Shown in pieces: positions 62,413-64,000 of a stretch of 64,000 nt of DNA (its first letter is position 1; the number at the start of each line of letters is the position of its first letter). The stretch comes from an uncultured delta proteobacterium (lineage in GTDB: Bacteria > Desulfobacterota > WTBG01 > CAIYCZ01), in contig CAWDOY010000003.1 of assembly GCA_963803975.1 (NCBI GenBank), positions 1 through 64,000 of the forward strand. The letters run 5' to 3'. The notes under the pieces are model-generated. The model was given only the letters and a program-made list of their open reading frames with translations. It was not told the origin of the DNA and ran no database searches. The position numbers and the translations under genes are program-made.

Positions 62413-63879
62413 TTAAAACCCAAGCTTCCCCGGATTCAGTATCCCCTGTGGATCCATCTCCTTTTTGAGCTGCTTAAGCTTTGAGAAGTAGTGCGGCGCC
62501 TTGGCGTAAACCATTTCGGCCCAGTAGCCGTAGGGCCGGTCAAAAAGAGCCCCCTTATCCTGAAGCATCGAACTTGCTGATTGCCACAGTTTATAAACCT
62601 TGTCCCGCTCGCCGTCATCCGCGCCGCAGTGAAGATCGAGCTCACAGTGTATTGACCTGCCCCGTTCAATTATCGTAAAATAACCGCCAACGTCTTCCGG
62701 GGCATAGCCGGCTGCCCTGGCAGCAGCGGAAACTGCTGCTGCAAGCTCCGGCAGCTTTTTCAAAGGCGCCTTGAACGAAAGATCATGGACTGAACCCTTA
62801 TAATTGAATTTTCTTAAAACTCCCCATGGCCTGAGACTTTCCCTGAGAAAAACTTTTTCTATCTCAGGGAATGCGGGTAGTTCGGTAACTACACGCAAGC
62901 CCAGTTTTTGCCCCATAGCGTACAGCGACTCCTCCTGAATCTGCACCCATTCTTCCGGGAAGTGGGGGAACCCTGCCAGACCGATAACTATTGTCCAGGA
63001 CGGCAACAGCTGTTGTAACTGCTTAAACCTCTCAGATGGCGTGGCAGGAGCGGGGAACCCTCCGGGGATCTGCCACTCCTCATTAAGAAGGGCCGCCAGG
63101 TTAAAGCGATTGAGCGCAAAACACTCAAGCCCTATTTCCTTTCTCTGAATCTGCTTTAATGCCTCGGGGATGTCCTGTAAATTATCAAATGCTATAAAGA
63201 AGAACTTTCGCACAGAGGACAGGTGCTGCGCGCTTATAACCATTTTCGTAACAATGCCCAGCGTGCCCTGAGCTCCTGTCCAGAGCCGGTAGATTGTATT
63301 CAGGCCGGGACCGTAGAGGCCTCCCGGCCTGCCCCCGAGATTCCAGCAGCCGGTACGGAACAGCTCCCCATCGGGCAGTACCATCTCCGTGTCATGGGTG
63401 AGATAATTGCCAAGCTCCAGATGAGCTGCGGCCATCACCACATCCCGCTCCAGATAACTGGTCAAAACAGATCTTCCCGGGGGAATACCAAACGGCATCA
63501 TTACCCGCAGCCCCTTTTTCTCTAATGCGTCCTGCAGCTTTGCATAGGTCACCCCGGGCTCAATGATTACATACAGGTCTTTGTCATTTATCTCTATAAT
63601 GCTGTCCATGCCGGACATATCCAGCACTATTCCTCCATATGCAGGAATTGCGGCACCGTGCAGATTAAGGCCGGAGCTGAAAGGAGTAAGCGGGGTTTTG
63701 GTCCGGTTGGCAAGCCGCACAATCTCCTGTATTGCTGCTACACTCTGCGGCCGGACAATAACATCCGGGCGGCTGGCCTTTACAAAGCTCTGGTCAGCTG
63801 CATAGCGCTCTTTCAGGGCAGGGTCATCAAACACATTGCCAGAACCCGCAATCTGCTCAAGCTGTTTTATCAGGCTCAT
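62413..63879 (-). CDS. VAO/PCMH-type FAD-binding oxidoreductase 2
   Basis: PDVIVRP, IEPGVT, VLPDGELFRTG, GAQGTLGIVTK, KKEMDPQGILNPGKL. Confidence 0.85.
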   Translation of the reverse strand: MSLIKQLEQIAGSGNVFDDPALKERYAADQSFVKASRPDVIVRPQSVAAIQEIVRLANRTKTPLTPFSSGLNLHGAAIPAYGGIVLDMSGMDSIIEINDKDLYVIIEPGVTYAKLQDALEKKGLRVMMPFGIPPGRSVLTSYLERDVVMAAAHLELGNYLTHDTEMVLPDGELFRTGCWNLGGRPGGLYGPGLNTIYRLWTGAQGTLGIVTKMVISAQHLSSVRKFFFIAFDNLQDIPEALKQIQRKEIGLECFALNRFNLAALLNEEWQIPGGFPAPATPSERFKQLQQLLPSWTIVIGLAGFPHFPEEWVQIQEESLYAMGQKLGLRVVTELPAFPEIEKVFLRESLRPWGVLRKFNYKGSVHDLSFKAPLKKLPELAAAVSAAARAAGYAPEDVGGYFTIIERGRSIHCELDLHCGADDGERDKVYKLWQSASSMLQDKGALFDRPYGYWAEMVYAKAPHYFSKLKQLKKEMDPQGILNPGKLGF

Positions 63880-63977
63880 AGAAACTCGGGAAAAAAGATT
63901 TTAAGTCTGCTCCCTGGTACGTGTTGAACAGGTACAAGGTGGAGGGAAGCGTCTCCGGTTATCAGCTTGAAGAGATA

Positions 63978-64000
63978 TATTCAGCTCTCGCTTCACTATG
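63978..64000. repeat. Right copy of the 23-bp direct repeat (runs to the window edge)
   Basis: TATTCAGCTCTCGCTTCACTATG; the minus strand encodes IVKRELN, as at the permease N-terminus. Confidence 0.85.

Noticed and set aside
110..63927. Numerous antisense and alternate-frame ORFs in the track (e.g. 195-563, 952-1476, 5514-6101, 36715-37470)
   Set aside because: They overlap well-supported genes and lack recognisable motifs.

Overview
Bacterial chromosomal window. Gene order and protein families suggest an anaerobic deltaproteobacterium (Desulfobacterota-like; inference). At least 11 otherwise intact genes carry small frameshifts, which looks like an unpolished long-read assembly. Layout: (1) 1-10.8 kb, a minus-strand yceD-rpmF-fab-rpiB-nrdR-rib superoperon lacking plsX, fabD and glyA, with an acyl-CoA dehydrogenase in the fabD slot and a perfect (TTTAGGG)8 tract over the ribE ribosome-binding site. 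(2) 11-31 kb, M23 peptidase, CadC/CadA, HD-GYP plus MshEN-PilB ATPase, redox proteins, rmuC, maf, an RHH regulator with a sulfate ABC transporter, tRNA-Arg(CCT), MOSC, nadA and rarA. (3) 31.3-34.2 kb, a toxin-antitoxin and repeat graveyard. (4) 34.3-41.8 kb, an 11-gene Mrp/Mnh-type antiporter cluster. (5) A GldF-GldG-like permease fusion, followed by a ~20 kb catabolic block (UbiD, W-type AOR, two COG1233 flavoproteins, SDR, DUF1329/DUF1302/MMPL/Ycf48 uptake module, TetR, two VAO-type flavoproteins). This block is bracketed by a 23-bp direct repeat of the permease 5' end and is the best candidate for an undescribed system: O2-independent oxidation of a hydrophobic substrate. All protein assignments come from motif recognition by eye; no database searches were run.
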